The notes beneath the pieces were generated by a model that did not search any database, was not told the DNA's origin, and saw nothing but the letters and a program-made list of their open reading frames with translations. A stretch of 64,000 bases of DNA from Mytilus californianus (taxonomy: Eukaryota), in contig NW_026262701.1 in assembly GCF_021869535.1 (NCBI RefSeq), positions 37,696,001 to 37,760,000 of the forward strand. The letters run 5' to 3'. Of the stretch, positions 39,651 through 50,791 are shown in pieces. The position numbers and the translations under genes were made by a program. Each line of letters starts with the position of its first letter. Position 1 is the stretch's first letter.

Positions 39651-41377
39651 GTTTTCGACTTATGAAATGAATTAACCTTCGGTATCTTTCGGCTCTCTTT
39701 TATGTACATGTACCAAGTTGAACGCTGTTACGGGGATGAATGAGATCGAATGCAACAGGATTTTTTGCGGAAACTGGCGAAGATGCTAAAACACAGATAT
39801 GAACGACGACTGATTACCTGGCTATAGAACACAAGACCACTGGCGGAACTAACACAGTCTGGTAGACCAATTACAAACACTGACCTTCAGTATAGAATTT
39901 TATTTTCACTTCCAAATAACGGGTTATGTCAGTTCGGAAGGCAGACTCCGACTGAAAACTAAACTTCAGTCAACAAATTATAAAGAAAGATAATATTTAC
40001 ATGCTGCCAAAAGCCAAGAACAAATTATAAAGATTATGTAACAATAAAACTGAGAACGTTTACAAAGAATACAATTAGCACTTTAAAATGATTGAAAAAC
40101 GGATAAATGTCACTGTAATTATACATGTACATGATCATACATGTTCCTGTACAAGAACTGATAAAATTGGGTATTGAAAACATTGTCACTATACAATAAA
40201 ACATTTACGGGTTAAAGCAAGACTTAAAATGAACTGACTTGCGTAAATTTCTAAAATCCATATGAAGTTGTTCTTTTAACGTATTTTAGAAACATAGAGT
40301 GAACATTAAATCATAAATAAAATGAAATTTGAGAAAGTTATTCAAGCACAACGACATTTGAATTCTAAATTAAACTTTCGTAAAACATTAAGCATAAATT
40401 ATAGCTTCTCTTAGAAATAAAAAGATAATAGTCCAATGTCCGATATCAGCAAAACACAGATTCAAATGATTTTTTTCCTCGGTCACACAGACACAAAAGT
40501 ATTTTAAAAAAGGCATAAGATACCAAGGAGACAATCAAAAGGCATTAGTCGAAGAGGAACCGACAAAACCATGACAAAAGAAAAACGAACAAGAATGTGT
40601 CCATAGTACACGGATGCCCCACTCGCACTATAATTTTATATGTTCAGTGGACCGTGAAATTGGGATCTCTAATCTGGCATTAAAATTAGAAAGATCATAT
40701 CATAGGGAACATGTGTACTAAGTTTCAAGTTCTTCAAGGACTTCAGCTTCATCAAAAACTATCTTGAACAAAAACTTTAACCTGAAGCGGGACAGACGGA
40801 CGAACGGACGTGCTCCACATATGACACCCGCCTTATCGCTCAGGTTTTTACAGGGAAACTTAGCAATTTTTGACTTATTATCTTATTATGTTCATAATTA
40901 CATTAAAATCATATTCACCAAGTTTTATCTTTATATGAACACCAATAAAGAAGAAAATTGAAATATAATACTTATTTAACAATATAATGTACTACCTATA
41001 CCAAGTTTTCACAAACTGGTGTATGCTGGTAACACCAATGACACTATTTAGTAACACTATTGACATTTTTAGTTATTGATGTTATGTTATATAATTTGGG
41101 ATTTTTTAGCCTAAGAATTTTTTTTTTCTTTTTCTTTTGCTTAGTTTTCTTTGTTTTGTGTTCAGTACTTAATAAATGTAAATTTGAACTTTGTTGTCAA
41201 TGGTGATACTTTTTTTGTCATTGTAGGTACTGAATGGTCAGTGGTGTTGCTATATAAAAATGCAATAATTTTTATTTTTTTATTTAAGGAATGACTTTTA
41301 TATTTTTTCTGTCTATGAAGAAATAACATCATAAATGTGGTGCACACTGAATAACGCGCGTAGTAATTTAACCCTTA

Positions 41378-41611
41378 GGCAAAAAAAAAAAATAATATAC
41401 ATGTGTTTCCGCTAACCCTACCTACCCTAATTTTTAGTGCCTACCCCAACACTTTTTATGCCAGTTTTGAACAAGTACTGTTAAAGTCAGACAGATTCCC
41501 TAGTAGTAAGTAGCTAAAAAATGTTTGTAAAATAAAATGATATTGCCTACCTACCTTCCCTACTTTTTCCCAGTACGTTAGCGGAAACACATGTATTATT
41601 TTTTTTTGGCC
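41378..41611. mobile_element. PIF/Harbinger-like MITE (234 bp)
   Basis: TIR ggc(A)nTAATA..CATGTGTTTCCGCTAAC; TTA TSD at 41375-41377 and 41612-41614. Confidence 0.85.
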
Positions 41612-42205
41612 TTAACAACACATTGGAACAGTTGTTTGGTATTTAAAAATATTTTTTAATAACTAAATGCAAGTTTTTATATTGGTAACACCATTGACAT
41701 GATTCTATCAAAAGATGACCTAAAATTGTTAGAATTGAAGGAACTCCTAATTTTCCCCATTGCATATTTCTGAATATAGTTGCTACCATATTTCAGAATA
41801 GCAGGAAATATTTTAATTTTTAAAACTATGACATCAGTTTCCCGAAATTTCCCTCATCGAAATATGCATGTTTTTTTTATAATGACCCATATATAGGTAG
41901 TTCGAATACTTTTTATATATTTAATTCGAAATCTGTATTTACGTTTACTAATTAAAATTTGTGTATAGAGGTATATCATTCAACTATGTATTTTTGTGCC
42001 TTTTCGTATATATACAGAAATCGTTTATATAGACAATTATCGCTATTTTACGAAAATTTCCTTTGATCTTACTGACTGATAATTTCCTTTCTCAGCGGAG
42101 TCGAGTGATATGAAAATTATCGCTAGAAACTAAGGGGGCACTTGCCGTTGCTAATGAAATTGACATGAAATTGACAACGTCGTCATAGGTAAAATAGCGA
42201 TAAAC

Positions 42206-43925
42206 AGATTATCATTGGTCATCTCAACTCGATTGCTTTTATCGCTTGAGCCGGAGAAAATCAATCTCGTTGAGATGATCAACGATAATCTATAATAATA
42301 GTGTACTAACTTGACATATCAACGATATAAGGATGAGGCTTAGAAACGGGGAAATGCGAGGCTCTGCCGAGCTTTTTCCCCGTTTCGGGCCGAATCCTTA
42401 TATCGTTGATATGTCAAGTCAATACACTATTATTGTCTTTATACTGCAATCTAGAAAAAAAAACATTTTCAATTTTGTTTATTGTGTTATTGTTATTTAT
42501 TTGATTTAAATATTAGGAAAGTCCCCCTTTAAAAAGGCCTCACATCTGGCGGAGAAAAATACAACACAATGAAATGTACATTACCTGTTGAAAACAATCG
42601 ATGATGAAAACATTCGTTTGAGTATGGACTAAAATATCAACAATAAGCATAAAACAATGATTTATAGGTTTTAAACAAAAAATATTAACAAGTGACATAT
42701 GTTTTTCCAACAATTGTAAAAGAAATAAATTTGAGTCGTTCCACGCTACAGCTAGGTTGAAGCGGTCATCATGATAATTTATATATAGTTCCGGCTCTAC
42801 TATTTAAATATTCATGAGGAAAAGTGATATCGGGTCAGTGACTGTATATGCCATAGAAATATACAGTCAACGCATTTTGACTGCTCAAATAGAACGAGTG
42901 CAGTATAAATAGACAATAAAAGTGTCTTGACTTGACATATCAACGATATAAGGATGAGGCTTAGAAACGGGGAAATGCGAGGCTCTGCCGAGCTTTTTCC
43001 CCGTTTCGGGCCGAATCCTTATATCGTTGATATGTCAAGTCAATACACTATTATTGTCTTTATACTGCAATTTAGAAAAACACATTTTTAATTGTTGTTT
43101 ATTGTGTTATTGTTATTTATTTGATTTAAATATTGGAAAAAATCCTCCTTTAAAAAGGCCTCACATCTGGCGGAGAAACATACAGCACAATGAAATGTAC
43201 ATTAATTTACCTGTTGAAACCAATTAACTTAAGAATTGAATGCTTCTTTTTGTAATTTTATTGGGGTGTAAAAGTGTTGACCGAAGCACATTTTGTATGA
43301 AGCGGAAGCGCTTCTTTCTATAAATGTGCGCACGATCAACACTTTTACAACCCTATAAAATTACCAAAAGAAGCATTCAATTCTTATAATTACATTTTTA
43401 TGCTAGGGTCATGAAAAATCGATTTCTATCATCTACTTCTTAAATTAACCCGTGCACTTTATTGTGATGGCATCATGAATGTTACACTTCATAGGGATAT
43501 GAAGGTTAATTTTAGTATGACGCGAAAGCGTTGTTATCCAATCATAATAACGGATTCTTCTGAAACATACATGTAATGTAATTACTCGTTGGTGAACGAA
43601 TTCGTTTGAGTATGAGTATGGACTAAAATATCAACAATAAGCATAAAACATAATGACTTATAGGTTTTAAACAAAAAATATAAACAAGTGAAATATGTTT
43701 TTCTAACAATTGTAAAAGAAACAAATTTGAGTCGTTCCACGCTTCGTTGTAAACATTGGAAACAAGGACAGGTTGAAGCGCTCGTCATGATTATTTAAAT
43801 ATAGTTTTGGCTCTACTATTTAAATATTCATGAGGAAAAGTGATATCGGGTCAGTGACTGTATATGACATAGAAATATACAGTCAACGCATTTTGACTGC
43901 TCAAATAGAACGAGTGCAGTATAAA
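42206..43925. repeat. Cluster of four long hairpins within a ~630-bp tandem duplication
   Basis: Hairpins at 42206-42291, 42294-42434, 42911-43059 and 43230-43386; 42590-42925 repeated at 43590-43925. Confidence 0.85.
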
Positions 43926-43927
43926 AT

Positions 43928-44422
43928 CAGTGATATTGTTTGCCTCAAATTAGAGCCGAAATTCGGCTTTTTCCCCTAGAGAAAATTCCCAATTACTAAA
44001 AAAAATGGCTTAAAATTCCTCCCAAAAAGTTTAACATTTCCCCCAACAGTGATGGCATTGGTAGTAATGTTTGTAAATATCGTATTCATGTTATTATTTT
44101 GATATTAGAAAGCACTTTTGAGATCTGGTTTTATGATCAGAATCATCATGGTGTTTGTAACACATGTAGTTTTCAATGCATTAAGTACCATCATTGCTTC
44201 TGTTTCTTTCCCCTCTCCGAAAAGTACCCTTTCAGGTTGAAAATGTCTGACAACCAACATATACATGAAAATACAGTGCAAAAAAAGACAGCAAAGGTCA
44301 GTAAAAAATCGGAGATGTGTTTAGAATAAAATATACAAATTTCCCAATTTCAATAAAAAAATATTCATTTTTCCCAATAAAAAACGGTAGAGGTAGTTTT
44401 GAAAAAAACAACAATATCACTG
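43928..44422. mobile_element. CAG...CTG TIR MITE with a 5-bp TSD (hAT5-like)
   Basis: TIR CAGTGATATTGTT; AAAAT on both sides (43923-43927, 44423-44427). Confidence 0.7.
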
Positions 44423-45087
44423 AAAATGATTCAAGCTGATTGGGTGATCTCGGTTAAGATGCTGTTCAACGTACCATTGACTTCTTTTTTTTAGAAATCA
44501 CATGGTCATCAAAAGAACATATTTCTAAGATTTCAATCAATTGGTCACTGCCATAAAATTTGCATAATCAGGATATCACTGGAAAAAATCTATTTCAGAA
44601 AAAATAATGGGGCTCTGGTTCTTTATAATAGATCTACAGTCCTGAAATTACCAGAGGAAGTAGAAACTACATACGAGTCATGAATATTGTTTGAAACTTT
44701 CACAAAGATGGTGAAGGGCCTATAGATTAATAGACAAATATTCCGCATGAGAAGAAGAATTGGAATCTAAACGGACAACCACACATACTATCGAGAACGG
44801 AGTTGGTCTTTTGGAGAAAATTTACCCATACACTTCTGACAGATGAATTGTCGGAATAATGAGCTGTCGGAATAATGGGATGTCGGAATAATGGGATGTC
44901 ACCTGTTCAATCATATCATAAATGTGTATGTATCCAAACATCTTGAGGAATCCAACACGCAGCCAGACGTTGGCTGTTGGATTCAATCTTTGAATAGATA
45001 AAGAATTAAATCAAGTATCTGTCCTTGAAGGATATTGTATAGCATTTGTATTCATTTCACCTTAAAGGTTGGTTGATTGCTGCTTAG

Positions 45088-46535
45088 CAGGAGCGGATCC
45101 AGGATTTTGGAAAGGGGGGGGGGGGGAGTATGTAAAGATCGCCGAGCGGAGCGAGGTGAGAAATTTTTTGGACCTTTCTTTGGCTAAAAAACATAAAATA
45201 AGTGTAAAATGCACTTTTTTAACGGTTCCTGACGTGGGGCATGTATATTTTATAGTTAAAGTGTAATGGTTGGACATTTTTGATGCCGTATTCTCCCCAT
45301 TAATTTTCTATTATAAAATGATTGGATGGATCCAAAGCTATGTACTAAAATATTTGATGTAGGACTTGTCAGTAAAAAATTGACATGGAAAATTCTCGTT
45401 TGTTGTATGTTTAGTTAGCATAACCTCACGGATTTCTTGTTGTAAACAAGATATACGCCGGGCTATTCAATGAAATTTACAATACGACCGACACGAGTTA
45501 AGAAAGACAAACAAGCAATTTTTATCCAAATGTTTGGTTGAAATGTTTCACCCAACAAGGGAAGTGAGGGGTTCCAAATCAACCAAAGGCTACGAATGAG
45601 TCTGAAATGACAACGAATTTATGAATGACGGTCGACAAATGGAGACATAAAGGCCACACCCAGCAGGCAGGTTGCAGTAGGGCCTTGAAAAAAGTATTCA
45701 TTTTATCAGTTCGACGAAACAGACATTCCGGTCGGATATGAGATTTATTTGCAAATCCCCGGCCCCAAATAAATTACGCCCGTTTTTTTATTCATCATGT
45801 TCATTTAATGCTAATTAATTCTGTTGGAAATTTTTGTTTCTAATAGCAAAAAAGTGGACAAGATTATTGTTTTCAATCCAGATACGGCCAGATTTTTTGT
45901 TTAAGGCAAAAATCAGGGTCAGAATTTTTTCTCCCAAATATCTCGGACTGCCCCCTCAAATCAAATGGTCCGTACCTTAGACTTTAAATCTATCTAGAGC
46001 TTATTGACTGGAGATCATTATTCAGCTATGTTATTAATAGGCTGGGGCGTGTGGGGTTTAACATGTTTTCGTAGGTAAATAATATTGCTGTGGAACTTTT
46101 TTTTCATGAGAGTGTAATAGAGTATTACTTTCTGTTTGGTGGAGTTGTGAAATAGAAGTCAATAAATACGTTCTTGCTCAATCCTTTGTCGCTTTGAAGA
46201 TGTCATGCTTGTCATCCTCAGCCTAAGCAATGTGTTACTGTAATTTGAATTTCAAAATGACTGAGTGACGTTTTTTCGACGCACTGGTCAACTCCACCGT
46301 AGCGAATCACATGATTTTGACATAATCAATAATATATTACAGTAAATACGAGCGAAACATATCTTTATAAGTAAAGAATTGTCGCATAAAAATTAAATAC
46401 GCAGGAAATGGCAAAGTTCACGAAGTCTAGTCTGATTAATCATTAAAAAAAAATTTACAAAAAAAAAAGTGCAAGCAAAGGAGGGGGGGGGGGGGGGGGC
46501 GTACGCCCTCTACGCCCCCTCTGGATCCGCCACTG
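45088..46535. mobile_element. CAG...CTG non-autonomous TIR element with a 5-bp TSD (hAT5-like), inserted in a SINE tail
   Basis: TIR CAGGAGCGGATCCA / CAGTGGCGGATCCA; CTTAG on both sides (45083-45087, 46536-46540); the rejoined flanks read ttgattgctgcttagcgtccagt. Confidence 0.8.
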
Positions 46536-46847
46536 CTTAGCGTCCAGTTGGAATTCTGCATACTTTTTCATGATCAAATACTGAGGGCTATGAACATTTC
46601 TTGCATTGTACTAGAGCAGCATGCTGTACCAGATATATATATATCTTGCTAGCTCTCAAAATATTGAAACTTTATCTCAACCATTCAGATACTTTATTCT
46701 GAACAATATCATGTCATTTTTGCTATTAAGTAGTTATGGCCGTTCATTGCTTTAACAATGACCGGTTTTCCCTCATTATGACAGCCTCTTGTTAAGTTTA
46801 GTTCACACAGATATAAGAAAATGTGTTATGTTTGCCAATGAAACATC

Positions 46848-48072
46848 TGTGAGCTTTAGACTTGGCGTGTTAGTTTGGTGTGTGTGATTGCTGTGTTGAA
46901 CTACTTGTGACTGTGCAGATGTAATGTGAGCGACTAATTGTTGTCTGACTGATATAATGACTGAGAACCACTGACTGGTTGATGACTCTGATTTATAATA
47001 ACCTCTGACTGGTTAACTGGAAAAATACAGACAATTTGAAATATAATACTTTATTCTTTGATGGTCGCTTTGCAAGTGCATGATATATTATACAATACAC
47101 AATAGACATGATAGAATGATATATAATATAATACACAATAGAATGATATATGAATAGCAATCACACAATTTTTTATGCAGATACAAATAAATGACTGAAA
47201 CATTGTATCGGGACAAGCAAAAGTCACATTTAATTCTGAATTAATGATATGACATCATTAATGACTGATTTATGAAATAGAATGGGGAAACTAGCAGAAT
47301 ATTGTATGACGGGGGAAACTAACTCGAAACATAATAAAAGAATGACTGAATTTATTTGCCTTACTTAATAAAACAGATATCAATATATCTTATCTCATTT
47401 AATACCAAATATAAATTTTGACTATAAGTTTCAATGCTCAATTTAGACTGACTGTATTTTGCATACACATTTTATAAAACTTGCTTTGATAGCTTTAACA
47501 TGAAAATAGGAATAGTGACTTGTGATAATGAAGAATAAAGACACTATAAAACATTACAATAATTAATCAAACATGTGCTATTTACATAAAAACAGTGGCT
47601 TGCTGCAATTTCATATGTTCGATTTGGGTCACCCTCGATGAGGAGACATCTCACCCTTTTGAGATGACAAAATTATTGACTGCATGATTATACTTGAATT
47701 ATGAATTGAATTTACCTTCAGAGTCTACCATTTATAACAGGGGTTTTCGTCGTTCCTGTTATATTAAGAATTCGGGGGAAACTCACTGGCTAAAGTCAAC
47801 AAAACTAAGTAACAGTTAAGCTTTACGATGGTTTATATATACCTTCCTCAATAGTGCAAAACAATTACAATAAAAGTTCAACGGTAAATATTCCAAAAAG
47901 ATAAAACAATTGGTAATTCCAATAAATGTTCTAGTATATGTCACTGTAAAATGCACGGCGTCCGTACAGTTTGACCGCTGGCATCTAACTGCCCATTCGC
48001 ATAGAAACGATATAATATGAGTTACGCAATCTTACTTAATCATAACTACATTTAATAATGAAATTTGTCACG
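46848..48072 (-). mobile_element. Possible solo LTR
   Basis: TGTGAG...GTCACG termini; minus-strand AATAAA at ~47050 about 200 nt from the end; GACTG-rich tract; appears to interrupt a Helentron-type repeat start. No TSD found. Confidence 0.35.
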
Positions 48073-48229
48073 TAATGCTATAAACAAATAATACAAATTA
48101 AAAACATATATCTGATAACAAGAGTTGGACAATGCTAGGATAAATATGGATTAACGTCTTAACATGTAAGCTAACAATTTGAAGAACAATAGTCGCTTGC
48201 TTTTAGATAAAGTTTGAATTTCAACGAAA

Positions 48230-50755
48230 TAAAACAAAGAGGAAAATATCGCTGTCATGCACACAACTACCCACCAAGTCCAAATAACGTGAATTAAAGC
48301 AACTATATATAGGTCACCGCAAAGAATTAGCAAAACCCATAACATGTAGTCGGCTATGTTAGGATCCGACATGACAAAATATGAAACAATTGTAAACGAG
48401 ATAACCAAATGCATGATTAACGACTAAAAATAAACGAGATAACCAAATGCATGATTAACGACTAAAAATAATGAGATAACCAACGGCATTAATTTACGAC
48501 TAAAAAAAAACGAGATAACCAACGGCATGATTTACGACTAAAAAATAAACGAGATAATCAACGGCATGATTAACGACTAAAAAATAAACGAAATAACCAA
48601 CGGCATGATTAACGACTAAAAAATAAACGAGATAATCAACGGCATGATTAACGACTAACAAATAAACAAGATAACCAACGGCATGATTAACGACTAAAAC
48701 TTAAACAAAAAACAAGTACGATATCAACAATCAACGTCTACCACTGAATTACTTGGGACATGCAAATAAAGAATGTAGCTAGGTAAACATGTTTGTCTAC
48801 CACTGAATAACTTAGGCCATGCAAATAAAGAATGTGGCTAGGTAAACATGTTTGTCTACCGCTGAATAACTTGGGACATGCAAATAAAGAATGTGGCTAG
48901 GTTAACATGTTTGTCTACCACTGAATTACTTGAGACAGACAAAGGTTTACATGTTTTTCTACACTGAATTACTTGGAACATGCAAATAAAGAATGTGACT
49001 AGGTAAACTTGGTTGTAGACCACTGAATTACTTGGGACAGGCAAATAAAGAATGTGGCTAGGTTAACATGTTTGTCTACCACTGGATTACTTGGTACAGG
49101 CAAATAAAAAATGTGGCTAGGAAGCATGTTTGTCTACCACTGAATTACTTTGGACAGGCAAATAAAGAATGTGGCTAGGTTAACATGTTTGTCTACCACT
49201 GAATTACTTGGGACAGTCAAGTAAAGAATGTGGCTAGGTAAACATGTTTGTCTACCACTGAACTACTTGGAACAGGCAAATAAAGAATTTGACTAGGTAA
49301 ACTTGGTTGTCAACCACTGAATTACTTGGGACAGGCAAATAAAGAATGTGGCTAGGTTAACATGTTTGTCTACCACTGGATTACTTGGGTAAGGCAAATA
49401 AAAAATGTGGCTAGGAAGCATGTTTGTCTACCACTGAATTACTTGGGACAGTCAAATAAAGAATGTGGCTAGGTAAACATGTTTGTCTACCACTGAATTA
49501 CTTGGGATTGGCAAATAAAGAATGTGGCTAGGTTAACATGTTTGTCTACCACTGAATTACTTTGGACCGTATGATAAAGAATATGGCTAGGTAAACATGT
49601 TTGTCTACCACTGAATTACTTGAGACAGACAGATAAAGAATATGACTAGGTTAACATGTTTGTCTACCACGGAATTACTTGGGACATGCAAATAAAGAAT
49701 TAATGTGGCTAGGTAAACATGTTTGTCTACCACTGATTTACTTTGGACCGTATGATAAAGAATATGGCTAGGTAAACATGTTTGTCTACCACTGAATTAC
49801 TTGAGACAGACAGATAAAGAATATGACTAGGTTAACATGTGTGTCTACCACGGAATTACTTGGGACATGCAAATAAAGAATGTGGCTAGGTAAACATGTT
49901 TGTCTACCACTGAATTACTTGGGACAGGCAAATAAAGAATGTGGCTAAGTTAACATGTTTGTCTACCACTGAATTACTTGGGACAGGCAAATAAAGAATG
50001 TGGCTAGGTTTACATGCTTGTCTACCACTGAAAAACTTGAGATAGACAAATAAAGAATGTGGCTTGGTTAACATGTTTTTCTACCACTGAATTACTTGGG
50101 ACAGGCAAATAAAGAATGTGGCTAGGTTAACATGGTTGTCTACCACTGAATTACTTGGGACAGGCAAATAAAGAATGTGGCTAGGTAAACATGGTTGTCT
50201 ACCACTGAATTACTTGGAACAGGCAAATCAAGAATGTGGCTAGGTTAACATGTTTGTCTACCACTGAATTACTTGGGACAGGCAAATAAAGAATGTGGCT
50301 AGGTAAACATGTTTGTCTACCACTGAATTACTTGGGACAATCAAATAAAGAATATGGCTAGGTTAGCATGTTTGTCTACCACTGAATTACTTGAAACAGA
50401 CAAATAAAAAATGTGGCTAGGTTAACATGTTTTTCTACCACTGAATTACTTGGAACATGCAAATAAAGAATGTGGCTAGGTAAACAAGTTTGTCGACCAC
50501 TGAATTACTTGGGACAGGCAAATAAAGAATGTGGCTAGGTTAACATGTTTGGCTACCACTGGATTTCTTGGGACAGCCAAATAAAGAATGTGGCTAGGTA
50601 AACATGTTTGTCTACCACTGAATTACTTGAGACAGACACATAAAGAATGTGGCTAGGTAAACATTGTTGTCTACCACTGAATTACTTGGGACAAGCAAAT
50701 AAAGAATGTGGCTAGGTTAAAATGTTTGTGGGCACTCTACCCTCCCCTAACTGGT
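48230..50755 (+). mobile_element. Helentron-type non-autonomous element containing a ~39-bp x~8 array (48394-48700) and a ~60-bp x~33 array (48736-50729)
   Basis: The flanks and both units match consecutive segments of the monomeric element at 8940-9300; ends with ...ctaccctcccctaact. Confidence 0.8.
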
Positions 50756-50791
50756 GCTGCTGGACAAACAGTATTTAATGTATTGCATATG

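Larger units (their letters stand above)
21288..40590. repeat. Segmental duplication, copy 2 (expanded by insertions)
   Basis: Same collinear blocks, separated by extra TIR, hairpin, HHR-bearing and tandem-repeat inserts. Confidence 0.9.

Noticed and set aside
39370-39675. Three overlapping hydrophobic ORFs (likewise 18617-18967)
   Set aside because: Translations of the 29-bp and 34-bp tandem repeats.
48736-50729. CRISPR-like appearance of the regular arrays (also 14949-16478)
   Set aside because: Units are contiguous with no unique spacers, there are no cas genes, and the context is eukaryotic.
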